The notes below the pieces were generated by a model. That model searched no databases and was not told the DNA's origin. It worked only from the letters and a program-made list of their open reading frames with translations. A DNA stretch of 63,760 nucleotides, filler included, from Reticulomyxa filosa (Eukaryota; Protista; Foraminifera): assembly GCA_000512085.1 (NCBI GenBank). It is 19 parts of 19 records of this genome, joined end to end, with 100 filler letters (N's around TTAATTAATTAA, not from the genome) between each part and the next. Parts side by side here need not be neighbours in the genome. Positions count along the whole stretch, not along the records: positions 22,276 to 43,101 come from ASPP01037485.1; positions 43,202 to 44,662 come from ASPP01023532.1; positions 44,763 to 45,822 come from ASPP01009369.1; positions 45,923 to 47,811 come from ASPP01011641.1; positions 47,912 to 49,494 come from ASPP01017245.1; 14 more parts are not named here. One strand, given 5' to 3'. The stretch's first letter is position 1; each line of letters starts with the position of its first letter. The position numbers and the translations under genes are program-made. This document shows positions 34,601-48,531 of the stretch, piece by piece.

Positions 34601-37600
34601 CCTTTATTTGATCACTGATTTTCACTCCATCCAAACTATGATCGCAAATCAATTCCTTGAACCATCCAATATCTGGAGATGTGTTTACTTCATCTAACAA
34701 TACCCACAACTCCATTGTATCATCTCTGGATATCCACTTTTTCATCACTTGACGAATTACATTCCTTCCAAATCCTTCATGAACATCTACTTTAATCAGG
34801 TTCACATTGGCAGCATCTGCCAAACATCTGATCAGAGAACATCCTGTTTCACCCATCAAAATGATTGGAGTGTTAGTCCGAATTTTCATAAAAATGGCAA
34901 CCATTTTCAGAAGATTATCAAATGTCAGCACAAAGTTGAACTGTTGATATAACCCGCCAATAATTTGACTATCAGCTAAATAATCTTCCCTCATTATTTC
35001 TTGATTTCGAGTTCCCAAAATACACAGTAATATTTCCAACGTGCTTCTTAGTGATGAATATTCTTCCTCGAATTCTCCTACGTTCAACTTTTTCTTACAA
35101 ATTATAACATATATATGTATATGTATATGAAGAAAGAAAAAACACAACAAAGACGTCTGAACTAAAAATCTTTGCTCTTTGAAACTCTGTTCGTAATATT
35201 TACAAAATCTAGGGCTTTTCAAAGTATTCAATTCTTTCACATTTCGATTTTTGAGATCATTGGTCAATTTAAAAATACTCTCTGTGATAACATATCAACA
35301 AAACACTTTAATTTTTATTTCAAACGAAATAGATACAATACGTCTAATAGATGTCTAACTTCCATCTTGACCAATCAAGAAGCCATGCTCTTTGGAGTTA
35401 TACCATTCTTTGCATAAATAGAATTCTTCTTCTTCGATACTTTCGATTGTTTCAAGTTTTTCGTCTGAACTGATTTGAATATGATCATATTGGCGACAAC
35501 ATAAAATTTTGGCCATATCAACCACAGATTGTGTAATATCGTGTCTCAATCTAATAGTTTCTTCCTTCAACGATGGCTGTGTCAGAAATGCAAACTGTTG
35601 ATACAAATATCTAAAAAACGAACGTTGATGAACTGGAACTGATCCGTTTATTTCAGGGAAGTATCTCTCCATAAACTGTTGCATACTCCTTGTGTCAAGA
35701 TCTGGCATTTTGGTTGGATCAGTATCTATTGTTCTTTTTTTTTAAAGAAATACATTTATAATAGTGCATCGGAGACATACACCCTTATTTTTTTAAAGAA
35801 TAAAAACTTTAACTTTCTGTTAAAAAATTGTTGCATCCACTTAATAGTATATTGTGCTTCCATTTCAAACTCAAATGAATTATTTTGATTCGACACTTGA
35901 ATGATTGGGAATTGAACATCAGAAAAGAACAAATAAAAGAAGTTTTGGACAGATTCATTGAGATTGGGATCATCCAAAGTGGAGGGAATTTCAATTAAAA
36001 AAATCATATTGGAATTAACATGGAAACATTGAGATATTTGAGAATTGGAGTCGATGTGTTGCAAGAATAATAATTGGAATAAAAAGTCATTAATTTGTGC
36101 TGAAACACAAGACGAAATATTTAAATGATAAATAATCATTGAATTGTAATAGCTCCAAAGACTATTCATTGTCTGTTCCCAATCGATATCTTTGCCATTA
36201 AATGTAACACAAACATCTTTTACTGTCTTGCCTCTTTCTTCATAAATTTTTCGAATCTTCCCAATATCTCTTTGAATAACCCTACTTTTACCCATCCCAA
36301 CTCGTTCCGATGTATACAACTGAATCCATGGTGGCTCTATACTAATACTACGCAATTGAACATTAGTCTGTGAATTATGATAGAGTTGAGATAGCATTTT
36401 TTTGGAAAGAGTTTGAGATGATATATTTGGAAGTGAAACATGGAACTGCTCCAAAAGTTTACACAATGGATTGCCAGCGTCACAGGACATAACGACAAAC
36501 ATATAAAAGCAATGTTTTAATTTTTCCAATTGTATGTCGCTCAACAATATATCGTATACATTTTGACAAACTTGCTCCAACGTCGCAGATGTTAACTTTT
36601 CTGGGTACACTAAACAATACAATGGTTTCACGGAATTATTAAGATCTACCCTTGCTGTTAGTGTCATTGCTATGCGTATGTCATTGGTAATAGCTCGAAA
36701 TATCAAACAAACAACATCTTCTTCAGTTGTATTCTCATTACAGATCAAAATATGTTCTGCTCGTGGAATGTACCGTTGCGATTCAAATAAGCCAAGTACT
36801 TCAAATAAAAGTGATTTATTCGGACGAAGAATTAAATTAGGTTTGCCAGCGTGTAATTCGATAGGAAGAAATTTTTCCATAACACAATTGTGTTTGGAAG
36901 CGAGCCACAACGAATACAAGATCCTTCCAAAGCTTGAAATGGGGTCTTTGCGCTCTTCACAGCTCTTATTATTGTCAATATCTGGCACGCTACAACTTTT
37001 CCAAATCTTGGAATTGGTCAATGCTTTCAAATCTTTCCATTCTCGTAATACCTTATCGACATCTTGATCAGTGACTTGATAATTGATTTTTTGAAGGAAT
37101 GGTTTAATGGATTTAAATAATTGAAGAGAACGATTAAGACAATCAGGTGACAGCAAAGCGTTGATTTGATGAATCAAAGAGTGTATTTCATTGAAACAGA
37201 AATAATTGAGAGCGGGAAACTTTTCTCTTAATTGAAGGGATTGTTGTTTCCATTTCATTAGTCTTTGTTTCCAAAGATCTTTGCACTTTGCAAAATCGCT
37301 TAATTGTGAATTCACTGGTAAAAATAATGTCTCGTTTTCATCATTGTTATAATCAATGCGTCCTCCTTTTTTCCAAAACTCGACTCGAAATGCACTAATT
37401 TCCTTGCATTCTTCAAACTGCTTGATTAAAGTTTCAACATCTTCCAACTCTTTTTTTTCCACTGTCAGCAAAACACGGTCAATGTTATTTCAATTCCATG
37501 ATAATACCAAGTGGTAGTAGTGATCTCCAATTTTAGCTCGTCGTATTTATTCCTTGCAATATTTCTTACAAGTTCCAAGTCGCCATCGTCCATTTTCCAT

Positions 37601-40600
37601 TGCCGCTTTCAATTTCTTCAAATTTTCGTCTGTTCGGGCTTTATTATCTTCATTGATCAAGGAAGAAATATCAGCCAAATTTACATCACAAAATTTTTTT
37701 AGCATTTCCACAAAATCTTGGCCATTGAGACACAATGATAATATCGCTTTGGCCAACCCAGTCATATTCTCAAACGGATATTTCCATAGTTTTTGTTGCA
37801 TGACAGGATTCACGCATTTCAAGGGATGTACCAAATTCTGAAGACCTCGGTGATTACTTTCGCTCAGTGCATGTAACACCTTTTCAAAGTTTGCTTGATT
37901 TGTAAAGTTTGCATTACTTGCCAATATTTTTAGTTCATTTTCACAACGAATCAATACCTCAAAAAAGCTATTTATCACACAGGATTTGGCACCTTCACCC
38001 ACACATTTAAAACATTGGTCATAGCATTCGGATGCCTCTTTAATGGAAATATCCTCTTTAATGGCTATTTCTTCCATTTGTTTCAACGCTTTGACATACG
38101 CTTGCCATTTGCCATCTTCTTGTATTTTGTATTTGCAAGGATGACACTCTTTCATTCGCTCCGTCATCTTCTTTAACTTCATCCAAGGCTGTAGTTGTTC
38201 TTTCAAATCAGTTGTTTTTTTTATCTTGATCCCTACGCTATTTGCGATAGATTGTCGCTGTTCATCACTGAGCTGTGGAAATAAATACTGCATATCATCT
38301 TCTAAGCACTTTATAATCTCAACGATACTATTTCGGTCCCTAATGGACAGCAACTCCAAGTCTTCACACCTGATCACTCCATTTTGAATATCCTGCACAA
38401 TTTGATTTGTGAAATGTACGTATACATCACACAATCTCTTTCTATTCCAAAAAAAAAAAAAAAACAACCTGCTTAAAATTTTCCCACTTTTGATTTGAAT
38501 CTTGAAACACTTTATTGAATATAAACAAAGGTTTTTGCTGTGTGACGAATTGATACTTTGTCCTATACTTGTTCCAGATTTTATGAAAAATGAAGTTACG
38601 TTGGCTCAATGAAATCTTCATTGATTGTTCGTGTTCTTTTAATAGTTTTATTTCTTGAGCATACTGGTATTTAATTTTAAAAAATTGTTGTATTTCCCAT
38701 TTACCACTTTCTTTTTCGAGTTCTATCAATTGGAGGGACAAATCGTCTTCAGTAAAAAAATAATGGTATATTTGCTTGAAAGTATTGATCAAGTCTGAAA
38801 ATTGTTGATATTCATTCACCGTTTCCTCTAATGTTTTTTATTAGGTTTTCCAAATAGATTGAATGAGAAGAAAGCTCTTTGATATCCTTCAAGTGTGTCA
38901 TCAAGTAGTTGTAAACATAAACGGGCAGCAGTCTTTTGTTTATTATTAAATTGGTCAACAGTTTACTGAAAAAGGTGGACAAGAATACTTGCATTGGATT
39001 GTCTTGTTCAAACCATAATCGACATTTAAAGCAATAGTCCAAATTTGAACAAAGATTTTTACTTGTTGATTCGTTCAATTCTTCCGCCTCTGGGATATTC
39101 TCTTTCATTATATGGATCACTCTTGCCAACAATATTGAGTCTGTGCGTTCACAATCATGGATTGTTTTGATTTGCTCACGTGTCCACTTGTCATTGTCCA
39201 AACATAATTCGCAATGTCGATCATTCAAACTCTCCCTGAAACTTGAATGATATAACTTGGCATTTTGAAATGTGGAAGAAGATAGCAATTCAATGACTTT
39301 AGAGTGAAATTCTTGTTCACCGTATGGCTGCCTCTTCTCTTCTTTCACGCTTAACCAGTTTTTGAAGGATTTTTTGAGAAATCCTCTCAAAACAGGATTC
39401 GTGATACTATAGTCTGCCAATAGATCAATCCAATATGAGCGATTTGTTTGATTTTTTAAAAGCTGCGCTAAAATACGAGCGGTTAGTATTTCGCTTTCTC
39501 TACATGTATTTGCATTTGTATCCTTTATGTAAAAAAAACAAACAAACAAAAAACAAGGTGTATGATATTAGTTGTTGAATTGGGCTGAACATAAACAAAA
39601 AAGAAACATATATACATATAAATATATTTGAATAAGTTACGAAACAGTCCATATCAATTTAAGCATTGCAGCTAATGTTTGGCCATCTATTTTATCATAA
39701 AAAGGCTTAATTGCCTTTGTTATGCTATATATATCTTTCCATCTGTTTGTTATGACAGAACCAATGTTTGATTGTTGTTGTTTTTTTAAAAAATAAAACA
39801 GATGAAAGTACCACTCACATGCATGTCTGTTTCTGCATGAATTCTAAGAATTTGTGGATGATGGATGATTGCGTAATCAATGCTTGAAACTTTGTGGATT
39901 GAAAGCCTTGCAATAGATTATAGGAAATTTCCACAAAATCAACACAGTTTTGTAGATTTGCAAGGAATGTATCCCATTCTTCAAAGTGTGTTTGATACAA
40001 CGATTGAAATAAGTGCCAGCATTTTTTGTGATTCCACAATCGCTTCCATGGATTTGATTTGGCTGTTTTATCATAATTCTTGTGATCAAGCAGTAATTGC
40101 AGAGTTGGTCGCATCAGATCGCTGTGATGCAACAATAACTTAATTAAATGATCTTCAATCCAAATGATAGGATTAAATATCCTGTTCTTTCGCAAGTTCA
40201 AATCAAAGATAAGGACCTCAACCAATTCGTTTTCGTTAATGGCTTGCTCTTTACTACGTTGGAAGTTAATTCCTTGGAAAAATTCATTGATAGATTTAGT
40301 CAACTGTTGCTGTTCAGTCGGCCAATTTGACAATGCCAAGTAATTGATACACGGAATTAGTCGAAACTTATCAAAGGGGGTGCAAGGAGCTCCATCTTTA
40401 TTATTACTCGGGGTCATATCAGCGAATGAACAAAGATTGGTTCCTATGCTTTGAATAACAAAGGAATGGAATTGGTTTGCTGGTTTATTTTTGGCAATCA
40501 TTTTTACAATGGCGAACAATTGCTTTGAAGATAGGCAACGTTTCATATCCCATTCTGTCCAAAGCGTACATAGAAATAGTGCTTGATATGCCTGTTTTGT

Positions 40601-41802
40601 GTCCCAATTCCAATCACAAACAAAATAAAAAATAAAATAAAAAAAGTGCATGCACACAAACCTGTTTAAAACTTGCATTCGATTGGCCCAAATTCGGAGT
40701 GATATCCTTAAGTACACTTTTGATGTCCTGTAATTCCGATGAACGAAGTTGTACTTTTAAATCATTGAAAACAGTCAAAGCAAAACAAAATGATTGTTCA
40801 TTCTCAATTTCCCGGACTAAATGCTCCAATATCTTTGCACATTTTTCATTGAATTCAGACTGTGAGTGTTGTTCCTCCACGATAATTGCCTGAGAGGACG
40901 CTGAGACAGTTGCAGTTGCAGTTTGTTTAGTTTGATCAAATATGTTGAAAGATAGATTGGAATTGGAAGCGATGTTAAAGTCAGCCCAATATAACCAGGG
41001 AGTGTTTTCATGTACTAATTCCAATTTGTATCTCCCATCAGCTTTTTTTGTTTTTTTAAATGGTTTACGAAATGTTGTGTTGTTTAGTCTAATAGAAAAT
41101 AAAGGAAGAAATACCTCCAGGTATGTTAAGAAAAAAGACACTCCGAATGCGATCATGTTCAAGTGTTGTATACGTTGGACAACATAAATATATTCGGAGT
41201 CGCTTCGTCGGCTGGCTAAGATCTTGTGGGGCAATCCAAGTCATGTTGTCCAAAGTTGTTTTTTGTTCATCGAATGGTGGAGTATTGTTAATTTTCAAGT
41301 CTGTTTGCACTTTGATCGAGTCATCTCGATCGTTTGTAGTGTGACTTTGTTTTTTTTTATAAAATTGTAATCACCACAAATTTTGTTATTTTTTTCCGTG
41401 CCATCTTCCTTTTCTACTGTTTTTGGAGTGACAACACAAAAGGAAAAAGTACAGCTATACACATTTGTGGTAGAATTTAGGTGCAACTTTTGACCTAGAG
41501 GTGGGATGGTCTGGTTCAATCTCAAAGTCTTTATTCGATGGCTTCTCATTTTCTCTTTCTCGCATTATATTTACTATTTTCACTAGTTGTCTCTTTTGAA
41601 CGGGAGCTAATGTTACCTGCCCCAATATACTTTTCCAATCTTCTGGCTCTATGAATGCTATGTCCTCCTTTCTTTTAAGCCCTAACGCTTGGCACAAGGA
41701 TACAAGCTTTAACGCTTGTCCATCATCTATAGCAACTTCGTTCTTCAAAAATATACATAATTGTTTTTCTTCTGTATTTTTTTCTTCTTTACTTTCTGTC
41801 AT
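31670..41802 (-). CDS. RNF213/mysterin-like giant AAA+ ATPase (multi-exon, several lesions, apparently lacking the C-terminal E3 module)
   Basis: Ordered RNF213-type motifs: TSERVGMGKS, IILMGETGC, LLDEVNT, VYRVFPL, SLRDVSRC, LIGKPGTSKTLS, EIGLAEQSPYEPLKILH, VGISNWNLDAAKMDR, RNFGG, CMETGKTVIL, LSRFEK. The N-terminus (41455-41802) is SAM-like. The 3' end is approximate. Confidence 0.88.
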
Positions 41803-43867
41803 GCTCTAATGAAAACAAATTATCTTACATGAAGGGCAACCAAAAAAGTCTTGTTATGTCCGTAACAGAGCTACACCGCTTGTATAAAAAAATTATTTAG
41901 TAATATAAAATCAATTATTTACTCTATAATACTACAATTGGACACCTTCTTTTAATGCACAAATAAAATGAAAGCGTCCCGGTTGGCTTAAACAACTTAT
42001 TCGTTATTTGAAATTGTTATTTCTTCTTTCTTTTTAATTAATTTTTTAAAATTTTTTGTAATTTTTGTGTTAATTGATTATAATTTTTTCCAACATTTGC
42101 ATTGTTGATTTTAGGGAATTATTCATCAATTATTTGATTTTCCATTCGCTATCTTTTAAAAGTTGTATCCATGCATATCATACATTTTATTTCTTCTATT
42201 ATTTATAACCACTTCAAAAGCAAAACAAAAATAAAAAAAATGGATTTCTCAACAAAAGATGACCTGATTTGCTTCAACAAAGTGCAAAAAGTTCAGTTTT
42301 TTTAATAAAATAAAAAATCCTTTGTTGGCAATACATACGGATTATGTACACTATGAAATTTGAAATTTTTATCTTTAAATTCATCACTTTGTTGCCATTG
42401 CTTTCTTTATTTTACAAAAATAAGGAAACGTCACAAAAATCTCTTGCAACTCGAATGTAGTAATTTTTGATTTGCACTTGGTATTGACCTCATTGCATTG
42501 TCAAAATAAATTTGTTATTCAACTGAAAAATTTAAAAAGTTTATTTTTAGAACACTTGTATTTCCATAACTTTTACAAAAAAAGAAAACACAAACAACGT
42601 GATGTTAATACCTTTGTTATCACACAGCTGACGTTACACTGTGAAACTTTTCTTTTATAATCTTGATGAGTATCAAGCACTAGGAACTTTCCTTGCTCAC
42701 TTTGGCTTTCGCCTTTTTCTGTAGCATTAATGTCTTCCATTGGCAAACAAAGATGACCCTTTGGTAACTTAGCATTATTTTTGGAAGTGTCAAAGCAGTT
42801 GTGAAAATCACACTGCATCTAAATATTCTTTCAAAGTCTTGATTTCGTTTTCATTTTTTATTCCGCATCCATATTATTTTACCGTCACAACGCAATTCTA
42901 GTGCTTTCTAGTGAAAATTAGCAGCCGATCATACAATCAATATTATTATTATTGCTCTTTTTTTTTGGAGCCCCTTTGTCGTTTTAAATCATAGATTATA
43001 TATTTCAATTTCATTGTTTAAAGCTACGCAATGACATGACTGTCTTTGGAAATTACACATCTATCGTCACAAAGTGGTTTTGTAATTTCGAATTTTTCAA
43101 ANNNNNNNNNNNNNNNNNNNNNNNNNNNNNNNNNNNNNNNNNNNNTTAATTAATTAANNNNNNNNNNNNNNNNNNNNNNNNNNNNNNNNNNNNNNNNNNN
43201 NCCGGGTTTTTAAAAACCCGGAATTCAAACCCTTTCGGTTCCAACTGGATTATTACTCGACTCCGATCACGTTATTTACCCCTTTATTATTCTTCGAAAT
43301 TGGAATGAGTTGGACACTTTCTTAGATCAAGCACTTACTATTCGTTGGGAGTGGTTTCAACTCCAAACCATCCTTTGGTGGCATCGCTTTGTTCAATTCA
43401 AGTTTGATCAAATGCTTCACAAGCTTTTTGACAGTGCTCCATTTTGTCGCTTCCAATTGTCTCCTCATTGATTGTTGTTTTTGTCATCACGTTTTTGTTG
43501 CTTTTCTTTTTTTTTTTTTGTATTTGTCATTTCTAATTTAGTTTTACCTTGATCTAATTTATTTTCTTTTTTTTTTTTTTGTTCTTTTCCCTTGTTTTCT
43601 TTGGGCTTGGGAATATGAAAAAGCAGTTTTTTGGTCCGATTTATATGATTATAAGCATAGAGACTTTTTTTTTTTTTTACCAAATGAACTTTGACATAGA
43701 AAATATATATATACAATTTAAGTGAACCAATGCCAACTCTTTATTTTGTAAACACGATGTAAACAAAAAAAATGAGAGGGGAGAAAAGTGAACAATCCCC
43801 AAATCAAAGTCGATATATACATACGTATGTTATATATTCAACTTTACAAGATATGTGATGCGAGACT

Positions 43868-44545
43868 TTAGTTAGACGTGGTAGATGACTCTCTCGTGAG
43901 AACAGTAAGAATACCCAAATGGTCAGAAGGCAAAAAGTACCTTCCAAGCTTTTCAAACGCACTAACTTTCCAAGTGTCCTTTCCACTTTGCATCTTTGCC
44001 AAAATTTTGTCATACCTGTCCCCAGAGCAGGTGGAGCCTGTAAGGACGTCCAAGTGATTGGTTCTGGCAAACTCTAGCCAGCAATCAATAAAGTCCTTTG
44101 GGATGTACTTATTCTCTGCATCTTTGTCTCCATAGTTGAAGTCACCCATTAACAAACAGCTACTTTCTCCTTGCTTTTTTTGTTTGTTTGTTTGTTTATT
44201 TGTTTGTTTGGAGTCTCTCTCTCTTCCGTGTTTCAATAAAAATTACAACAACAAAATAATAATAAAAATAAAAATAACAGCTTTAAAATAAGTTTCAAAA
44301 ATCAGTTGCAATTGTTGAATGCGAAGTTGCTGGTTTTCCAAACTTTCCAAATGGATAGTGTTCACCCATACGTCCAAAGTATTCAAATGAGCAGAGAGCA
44401 ATTTGCGGCACATTTCAGAAGGGAGATCACTCACTTGCAATTGTTTTATTGACAACTTGTCTCTTCGAATTGCTATTAACACTCCATATGGGCTGACTCG
44501 ACTGCCGTTTTCATTGTCACTTATCTCGTATGTTTCACGAATAAA
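43868..44545 (-). CDS. EEP-family phosphodiesterase, TDP2-like (spliced, 5' partial)
   Basis: PYGVLIA, SEMCRKLL, TIHLES, LMGDFN, DCW, RYDKI and PSDHLG. Confidence 0.8.
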
Positions 44546-44974
44546 TGCATCTTTTTTGTTTGTTTGTTTGTTTGTTTCATTTCACATCACATTTCAAATA
44601 CTGTTAGTGACCACCCCTCCCCTTTCCGCTTTTTTTTTTTTTTTTGAAGTTTAAAACTAGAANNNNNNNNNNNNNNNNNNNNNNNNNNNNNNNNNNNNNN
44701 NNNNNNTTAATTAATTAANNNNNNNNNNNNNNNNNNNNNNNNNNNNNNNNNNNNNNNNNNNNTTTTTTTTTTTTTTTTAACTTTTTGCCAAATGTGTATG
44801 TGTATGTGTATGTGTATGTGCATATGATCAAACAACAGAATCGATCAATTAATGTCGGAGGATGATTTCAAACATGTATCGTCAAATAAATTCACTTTTT
44901 ATATATAAATATATACATATTATGTTTACATATATGTACATACATATATGCGCGTGTAATTTTGTTTAATATGT

Positions 44975-45822
44975 GTGATTGTGGGAGAACCACATCAGAA
45001 TGTGACAAATCAATGGTTTGAAGCAGTGTCTCAAGGAGATCACGGACGAATGCTGGAAATGATCAAAACTGGGTTTTCCGTTGACACTGTGCAAATATCC
45101 CGTGATGAAGATCAAAACATGAGATTAACTGCTTTAATGCTCAGCACGGCACTCGATTTCGAAGAGGTCACCAAATTGCTGCTTAAATATGGCGCTAATC
45201 TCAATGCTAAAGATGCTGTATGTTTTTGTTTTCTTTCCTTTCGTTTTGTCGTTAAAAAAAAAAAAAAAATACTCATTGAACGACACGGACAACAGCTTGG
45301 TCGAACCCCATTAATCCACGGATGCCAAAAAAATTCCTTAAAATGTATCAAGATTTTGATTCAGCAAGAGTCAACATTGGTTGACGCAGGTGACAAGGTC
45401 TTTACTTTTTTTTCTTTTTCTTTTTCCCCCCCCCCCCTCCCCTCCTCCGTTTCTGATATATTCTTTGTGTTAATTTTGTCTGTTATGTACATACGCAAAT
45501 GTACATATATATGCATATGTACAGTATTTTTTTTTTTTTTTTGAAAAACATTATCCCCAAAATATATATATATATATGTATAAATATATAGAAAAAGAAA
45601 ACACCATTAATGTACGCTGCGGCCTGCGGGTTTGATAAAGTAGTCAGCTATTTACTGGAACATAATCCAAAGCAAATCAATGCCCAAGATTGTAACGGAA
45701 TGACCGCATTAATGCATGCCATTATGTCCGATCAAAGAAATGATGAATGCATCCGTTTTATCATGTCTTATAAGCCTGATTACACCTTGCAAAATCAGGC
45801 ACTTTCTTGTTCTGTTTTTTTT
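44975..45822 (+). CDS. Ankyrin repeat protein (spliced, partial)
   Basis: LTALMLST..VTKLLLKYGANLNAKD, GRTPLIHG and QDCNGMTALMHA. Confidence 0.85.
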
Positions 45823-45922
45823 NNNNNNNNNNNNNNNNNNNNNNNNNNNNNNNNNNNNNNNNNNNNTTAATTAATTAANNNNNNNNNNNNNNNNNNNNNN
45901 NNNNNNNNNNNNNNNNNNNNNN

Positions 45923-46155
45923 GTGATGTGGCAACTACTTTCAGCTATAAAATATTTGCACGACAAAAAAATTGCGCATCGGGACTTGAAACCCGAAAAT
46001 GTGCTTCTGAAAAATAATGACTCGTGGGACATCAAAATCACAGACTTTGGACTGTCACGTGTTCTTCAACTGGACAATGAGTTCCTTACTACCATGTGTG
46101 GCACACCGATGTTTTTGGCACCTGAAATCTTAACCAATTTCAAAGGTTTTTTGTT

Positions 46156-46191
<36 letters not shown>

Positions 46192-47354
46192 GAGGAGGAG
46201 AGCAAGCTTATGTTACAAACATATACCATTGGATGGGATATAAATAATTTGTGCTTACATACAAATATTGGAAATAATATGTCGGATGCAACCACTTGAA
46301 TGCGACAAGAGGGATACAGTCTTGAAGTCGACTACTGGAGCATGGGCGTGATAATGTATTTGATGTTGGTCGGACATGCTCCTTACAACGACATGGATGG
46401 ACATTTACTGGACTTGGTGAAAACTGGCAAGTTTACCTTTCCTTCACAGTCATGGCAGACCGTGAGCGCGGAGGCCAAAGACTTGGTTCAGAATCTCATG
46501 CAAATTGATCCCCAAAAACGATTTGGATGGAAGCAAGTGTATTCGCATCCTTGGATGCAAGTTTCTATTTGTTCATTGTATTGAAACAAAACAAACAAAA
46601 AAAAAGCACGCACAAGGGGGGAGGGGGTGTAATCTACGGACTCAATTTAAAAAAAAAAAAAATAAATAAAAAATAAAAGGCCGATAAGGAATCAGTTCCA
46701 GAAGAATTTCAATTGGAAGGCGAAAAATCGACAGCTGTTACACCAACACAATTGATGACGATGACAACAACAGAAACAGCCATAGCAACAGAAACAACAA
46801 TGACAACAGTAACAGCGACAGCAACAACAGTAGCAGCAATAACAACAACAACAGTAACCACAATGACAAAAGCGGCACCAGCATTGACGTCGGCGCCGAC
46901 GTCGACATCGACACCTTCGCCGTTGCCATCGTCAAAACCAACACCGAATCCAAATCCAACAGTGGCAGCAAGAGAGGAGCAAAAACGCTTGAACATGTAT
47001 TCACACATTGCCAGAGAGTCGTCTACTGGCCTCACTGCTGCTTTTGATGACATGAATGTTGCATCGCAACAGCAAGAAGACTCTTCACAAAATCAGACAC
47101 AAACACAAACACAGACACAGACACAAGAACTAAAAGCGAGATCTCGACCGAGAGGACGAAAGAGAGGATGGAATGCAAGAGGGGATTTGCCATTGGTCGA
47201 TTTTCGTAATGAAAATGAAGATGTCAACTTACCAAGGCAAAAAAACCCCGATTTGATCATTCCATTGTTGACTTTCCAGTTCCTTTTTTTTTTTTTTTTT
47301 AAAAAAAAAATTGTGTGTCAATGTCACTTGATTTTGTTTGCTCGAAATTTGTGA
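45923..47354 (+). CDS. CAMK-group Ser/Thr kinase (Chk2/CaMK-like), 5' partial, spliced, with a low-complexity C-tail
   Basis: [42 protein letters not shown] and [11 protein letters not shown]. Confidence 0.92.
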
Positions 47355-47529
47355 AAAGGATTTCAAAGTAGCTGCAACGTCGAGTAATTTGCTAGAGCGA
47401 TTAGATCAATCGGATTCGATCACTCAGAGAACCAACTTTGAATTGTTTAGTCATGTTGCTACTCACAAAAAGTAAATCATAGACCAACATTTAAATAGTT
47501 CCTTTTCAGCTTTGTTTTTTTTTGCACTT

Positions 47530-47811
47530 TTATTTTTTATTTTTGTTTTCATTTTTTTTCTCTTCTTTTTTTTCGTTTTCGTTTTCTTCTCCTAACAAAT
47601 CAATTATATGTTGATGGCAGTCATATGTATTGTTTTTTCCATTATCATTGTCTGTATGTGGGTAATTATTTGCTTGCAACGGAATGTAAGTTTCAAGTGC
47701 TTGTGACATAGTTGTATCTTCCTCTAATTCTTGTTTTTTTGATTCTTTTAATATCGATATGACATCAGCACAACTTGCTGGACTCATTTCACCCATAATA
47801 TATTTCTTGAA
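47530..47811 (-). CDS. Fragment of the pre-NACHT region of a NACHT-family protein
   Basis: SQALETYIPLQANNYPH..TYDC matches the decayed sequence just upstream of the Walker A in 7898-8790. Confidence 0.55.
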   Translation of the reverse strand, partial: FKKYIMGEMSPASCADVISILKESKKQELEEDTTMSQALETYIPLQANNYPHTDNDNGKNNTYDCHQHIIDLLGEENENEKKEEKKNENKNKK

Positions 47812-47949
47812 NNNNNNNNNNNNNNNNNNNNNNNNNNNNNNNNNNNNNNNNNNNNTTAATTAATTAANNNNNNNNNNNNNNNNNNNNNNNNNNNNNNNNN
47901 NNNNNNNNNNNAAAAAAAAAAAAAAAAAAAAAAAAACAACAACAACAAC

Positions 47950-48491
47950 AGCAACATACTTCCACATTTCATTGAGTAGATAAAAGCGTAAACCTTGTCG
48001 AATGTTCTTCCTTTTTCTGCGATATTCGCCAAAGACTCGAGTGTGTACATGCTTCCAATAGTCTCACACTCTTGCGCGGTCAGATACATGGGCCCCGGCT
48101 TTTGGTTTTTCACGTGTTTGATGCCATCTTTGGAATAATCAAAGCGCTCGCTCGACAACGTATTGCTCAAATAATGAGCTAGCCAATACGTCCAGAACTT
48201 GCACTCGCCAATGGCCAACAGCTGGCTCAACACAGTTCCAGTTTTCAAACTCGTCGACAGATTCTCTGCTGCACGAGCAAATCTCTCCACATCAGGCTTG
48301 TCTTGCATTTTCAAGTGGTTCCATTCCATTTCTTTAAAGTGCAAGAATTGCTCATGCGCACGCAGCAGCAACACAGACAGCTCGCTGTTGAATTGGTGTC
48401 CGTCCAAATTCGTTTCCAAAAAGTTGCGTACATTGATTTGTTTTTCTATTGTATAATGGAACAAGGGAGTTATATCACATACATGTACATT

Positions 48492-48531
<40 letters not shown>

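Noticed and set aside
43202-43221. Perfect 20-bp palindrome CCGGGTTTTTAAAAACCCGG
   Set aside because: It lies at the very contig edge in sequence with inflated homopolymers, so it is probably a low-quality read end.
46755-47045. Dual open frames (Thr-rich versus Asn/Ser/Asp-rich) in the kinase tail
   Set aside because: ACA/AAC/GCA-type trinucleotide low complexity is stop-poor in several frames, so this is not evidence of dual coding.
44975-47354. Ankyrin-kinase fusion across 45823-45922
   Set aside because: The two parts are separated by an artificial spacer, so linkage cannot be inferred.
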